Of a stretch of DNA of 232 nt, positions 1 to 232 are shown in pieces. How positions within the stretch are numbered: the first letter of the stretch is position 1; every line of letters starts with the position of its first letter. The stretch comes from Escherichia coli (GTDB lineage Bacteria; Pseudomonadota; Gammaproteobacteria; Enterobacterales; Enterobacteriaceae). The stretch is from assembly GCF_003334405.1 (NCBI RefSeq), contig NZ_QOWM01000074.1. The stretch is one strand, 5' to 3'. Position numbers and translations under genes: made by a program. The notes under the pieces were generated by a model. That model made no database searches and was not told the origin of the DNA. It worked only from the letters and a program-made list of their open reading frames with translations.

Positions 1-76
1 GTCCCCTTCGTCTAGAGGCCCAGGACACCGCCCTTTCACGGCGGTAACAGGGGTTCGAATCCCCTAGGGGACGCCA
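1..76 (+). tRNA. gltT/gltU/gltV/gltW family (paralog not resolvable): tRNA-Glu (anticodon UUC), complete gene with encoded 3' CCA; the spacer tRNA of a Glu-type rrn operon
   Basis: Cloverleaf verified by hand. Acceptor stem 1-7 (GTCCCCT) pairs with 66-72 (AGGGGAC). D-stem 10-13 (GTCT) pairs with 23-26 (GGAC), including one G-U pair. Anticodon stem 28-32 (CCGCC) pairs with 40-44 (GGCGG), with a 7-nt loop 33-39 (CTTTCAC) placing the anticodon TTC at 35-37. Variable loop 45-48. T-stem 49-53 (AGGGG) pairs with 61-65 (CCCCT), with T-loop TTCGAAT at 54-60. Discriminator G73, CCA 74-76. The sequence matches the E. coli tRNA-Glu gene as I recall it; no search was run. Confidence 0.96.
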
Positions 77-110
77 CTTGCTGGTTTGTGAGTGAAAGTC
101 GCCGACCTCA

Positions 111-148
111 ATATCTCAAAACAGACTGTTAAGTCTTGTTTGATATAT
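111..148 (+). other. Imperfect AU-rich RNA hairpin immediately upstream of boxA (boxB-like position)
   Basis: Inverted repeat paired by hand. Apical stem 123-127 (AGACT) pairs with 132-136 (AGTCT) around loop GTTA (128-131). Continuing outward: C122-G138 with T137 bulged, A121-T139, A120-T140, A119-T141, C117-G142 with A118 bulged, T116-A143, a C115/T144 mismatch, then 111-114 (ATAT) pairs with 145-148 (ATAT). No folding energy was computed. Confidence 0.55.
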
Positions 149-149
149 T

Positions 150-164
150 TGCTCTTTAAAAATC
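150..164 (+). promoter_or_regulatory. boxA-type antitermination element (spacer boxA; NusB/NusE binding site on the nascent transcript)
   Basis: TGCTCTTTAAAAATC at 150-164 matches the rrn boxA core (GCTCTTTAA-AA) at the expected place in the 16S-23S spacer, directly after a hairpin. Confidence 0.8.
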
Positions 165-186
165 TGGATCAAGCTGAAAATTGAAA

Positions 187-211
187 CACTGAACAATGAA
201 AGTTGTTCGTG
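187..211 (+). other. GAAA (GNRA) tetraloop hairpin in the spacer
   Basis: GAACAA at 191-196 pairs perfectly with TTGTTC at 203-208 (6 bp). The loop is TGAAAG (197-202), where T197/G202 can form a U-G wobble closing a GAAA tetraloop. The stem extends with C189-G209, A188-T210 and C187-G211, leaving T190 bulged. Confidence 0.55.
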
Positions 212-232
212 AGTCTCTCAAATTTTCGCAAC

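Larger units (their letters stand above)
77..232 (+). other. rrn operon internal transcribed spacer (tRNA-Glu to 23S rRNA), part of the rRNA precursor transcript; the 23S gene lies beyond the window
   Basis: Lies immediately 3' of the spacer tRNA-Glu. AT-rich, with no ORF. Contains a boxA motif and conserved hairpins. The overall sequence resembles the E. coli 16S-23S spacer downstream of tRNA-Glu (CTTGCTGGTTTGTGAGTGAAAGTC... TTTGCTCTTTAAAAATCTGGATCAAGCTGAAAATTGAAACACTGAACAA... GTTGTTCGTGAGTCTCTCAAATTTTCGCAAC), recalled from memory rather than searched. Confidence 0.9.

Noticed and set aside
1-76. Assigning the tRNA to a specific paralog (gltT, gltU, gltV or gltW) or a specific species
   Set aside because: The tRNA-Glu copies in rrn operons are identical or nearly so, and 232 bp of spacer without a database search is not enough to name the operon or the organism.
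111-150. Hairpin followed by a short T-run, superficially like an intrinsic terminator after the tRNA
   Set aside because: The stem is AU-rich with bulges and a mismatch, not GC-rich. The T-run is only 3 nt. The element sits immediately upstream of an antitermination boxA inside an rrn operon, where transcription must continue into 23S.
134-190. Promoter-like hexamers in the AT-rich spacer (TTGAAA at 181-186, TATATT at 144-149, TTTAAA at 155-160)
   Set aside because: Such matches are expected by chance in AT-rich sequence. The -35-like and -10-like hexamers are not in the correct order or spacing, and these positions are occupied by boxA and the hairpins.
196-232. ATG at 196-198 opening a reading frame (M K V V R E S L K F S Q) that runs to the window end without a stop
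   Set aside because: No Shine-Dalgarno sequence upstream. The ATG lies inside the GAAA tetraloop hairpin of the rRNA spacer, and the whole region is a structural RNA precursor. It is an accidental open frame in a short AT-rich window.
1-232. A novel or undescribed biological system (defence island, toxin-antitoxin pair, mobile element, CRISPR)
   Set aside because: Every base is accounted for by tRNA-Glu and the rrn spacer. There are no direct repeats with spacers, no terminal inverted repeats, no ORFs and no unexplained structure on either strand.

Overview
This window is an ordinary piece of an enterobacterial-type ribosomal RNA (rrn) operon, not a novel system. Positions 1-76 encode a complete tRNA-Glu (anticodon UUC) with a genome-encoded CCA end; I verified all four stems by hand. 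Positions 77-232 are the internal transcribed spacer running from that tRNA toward the 23S rRNA gene, which has not yet started at the window end. The spacer carries a boxA-type antitermination motif (TGCTCTTTAAAAATC, 150-164), preceded by an imperfect AU-rich hairpin (111-148) and followed by a GAAA-tetraloop hairpin (187-211). There is no credible protein-coding region, mobile element or CRISPR array on either strand. The only mildly interesting point is that the spacer appears to differ from the E. coli K-12 spacer as I recall it, mainly at the apex of the first hairpin, in a way that preserves pairing. This rests on memory, not a database search, and suggests a different rrn allele or a related Enterobacterales species.
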